Positions 63,346-64,000 of a stretch of DNA of 64,000 nucleotides are shown here, piece after piece. The stretch covers positions 1 through 64,000 of the forward strand of contig NIVC01002093.1 of NCBI GenBank assembly GCA_002269645.1, read 5' to 3'. The position numbers and the translations under genes are program-made. The notes beneath the pieces were generated by a model, which made no database searches, was not told where the DNA came from, and was given only the letters and a program-made list of their open reading frames with translations. Position 1 is the stretch's first letter, and every line of letters begins with the position of its first letter. This DNA comes from Macrostomum lignano. Its lineage: Eukaryota.

Positions 63346-64000
63346 GTTCCACCATTGAACGAGCCGAGCACGGCACCGCTGAAGGCAGCTTCGGGCGAGT
63401 GAATAATTTCTACTTCTAGAAAGTATTTACGAGTAAATAAGGTAGACTCCCATGCATTTTGAAATTTTACGTTTTTTCTCTAAAAAATGCTCCTGTTTTG
63501 CAACCACTGCACCGATTGAGTTGAGTTGAGTGAGGTGTCGATCGATAGAAAACTTTTAGATCTATCGAATGAATATACTTTTAAGTGCAGAGATTACTTA
63601 ACTGAGCCGTAAATTAACTGGAAAGACATTTTTTTCAAAAGTGCTTCTAGGAGATCTCGAAATTCTGGTACACCTAAAGAGATACGGCTTCGACATCTGA
63701 AGATCAAAGTTTTCAAATTAAATTTCCTACAAAATGGTACATGGCGCTTTGATTTATTTCTGCATTTTTATGCAGTTTTGGTGGCTTTTTTGGGCAAAAA
63801 ATGACCCTCATTTTATTATTTCGCCCCCTTTTCCTACGAAGCTTTCTGAGTTTGGGCTTCAAAGCAGTGCAGTTAGATGCGCAATGCAAAAATCTACAAG
63901 TGTCTAAATTTCTGTTTTCCTGCGATTCTGCAGTGCTGAGAAATCGACAAGAATCGATTTTTTTAAAAATCGCCTGACTTTCGCATTATTGCTCATTATA

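Noticed and set aside
63441-64000. GTAGACTC-starting sequence as another copy of the satellite-associated foldback element
   Set aside because: Similarity ends after 8 nt, and no partner TIR is visible before the window ends.

Overview
Eukaryotic (metazoan) genomic DNA with GC-rich exons, GT-AG introns and many repeats. The style, with nearly every long intron filled by its own minisatellite, suggests a free-living flatworm such as Macrostomum; this is inference only. The left half holds two intact, conserved + strand genes that I could splice by hand in frame: EFR3 (12 coding exons, 876 aa) and CSTF3/CstF-77 (9 coding exons, 755 aa). Around them are RTE-like and Loa/R1-like LINE fragments and three hAT MITEs with 8-bp TSDs. 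The right half (32.7-63 kb) is a tandem cluster of - strand genes for a predicted secreted protein with two PAN/apple-like modules and a C-terminal fibrinogen-related domain (FReD). Copy C is intact, copy D is probably intact, copy B is split by a 4.1-kb CACTA/EnSpm-like transposon, and copy A is a fragment next to a 183-bp satellite that appears to derive from a transposon inverted repeat. A WSC+PAN gene with two in-frame TAGs, a P-like element, a 0.56-kb foldback element and Gypsy relics complete the region. Most long entries in the supplied ORF track are tandem-repeat artefacts. All protein family calls come from motif recognition, not database searches.
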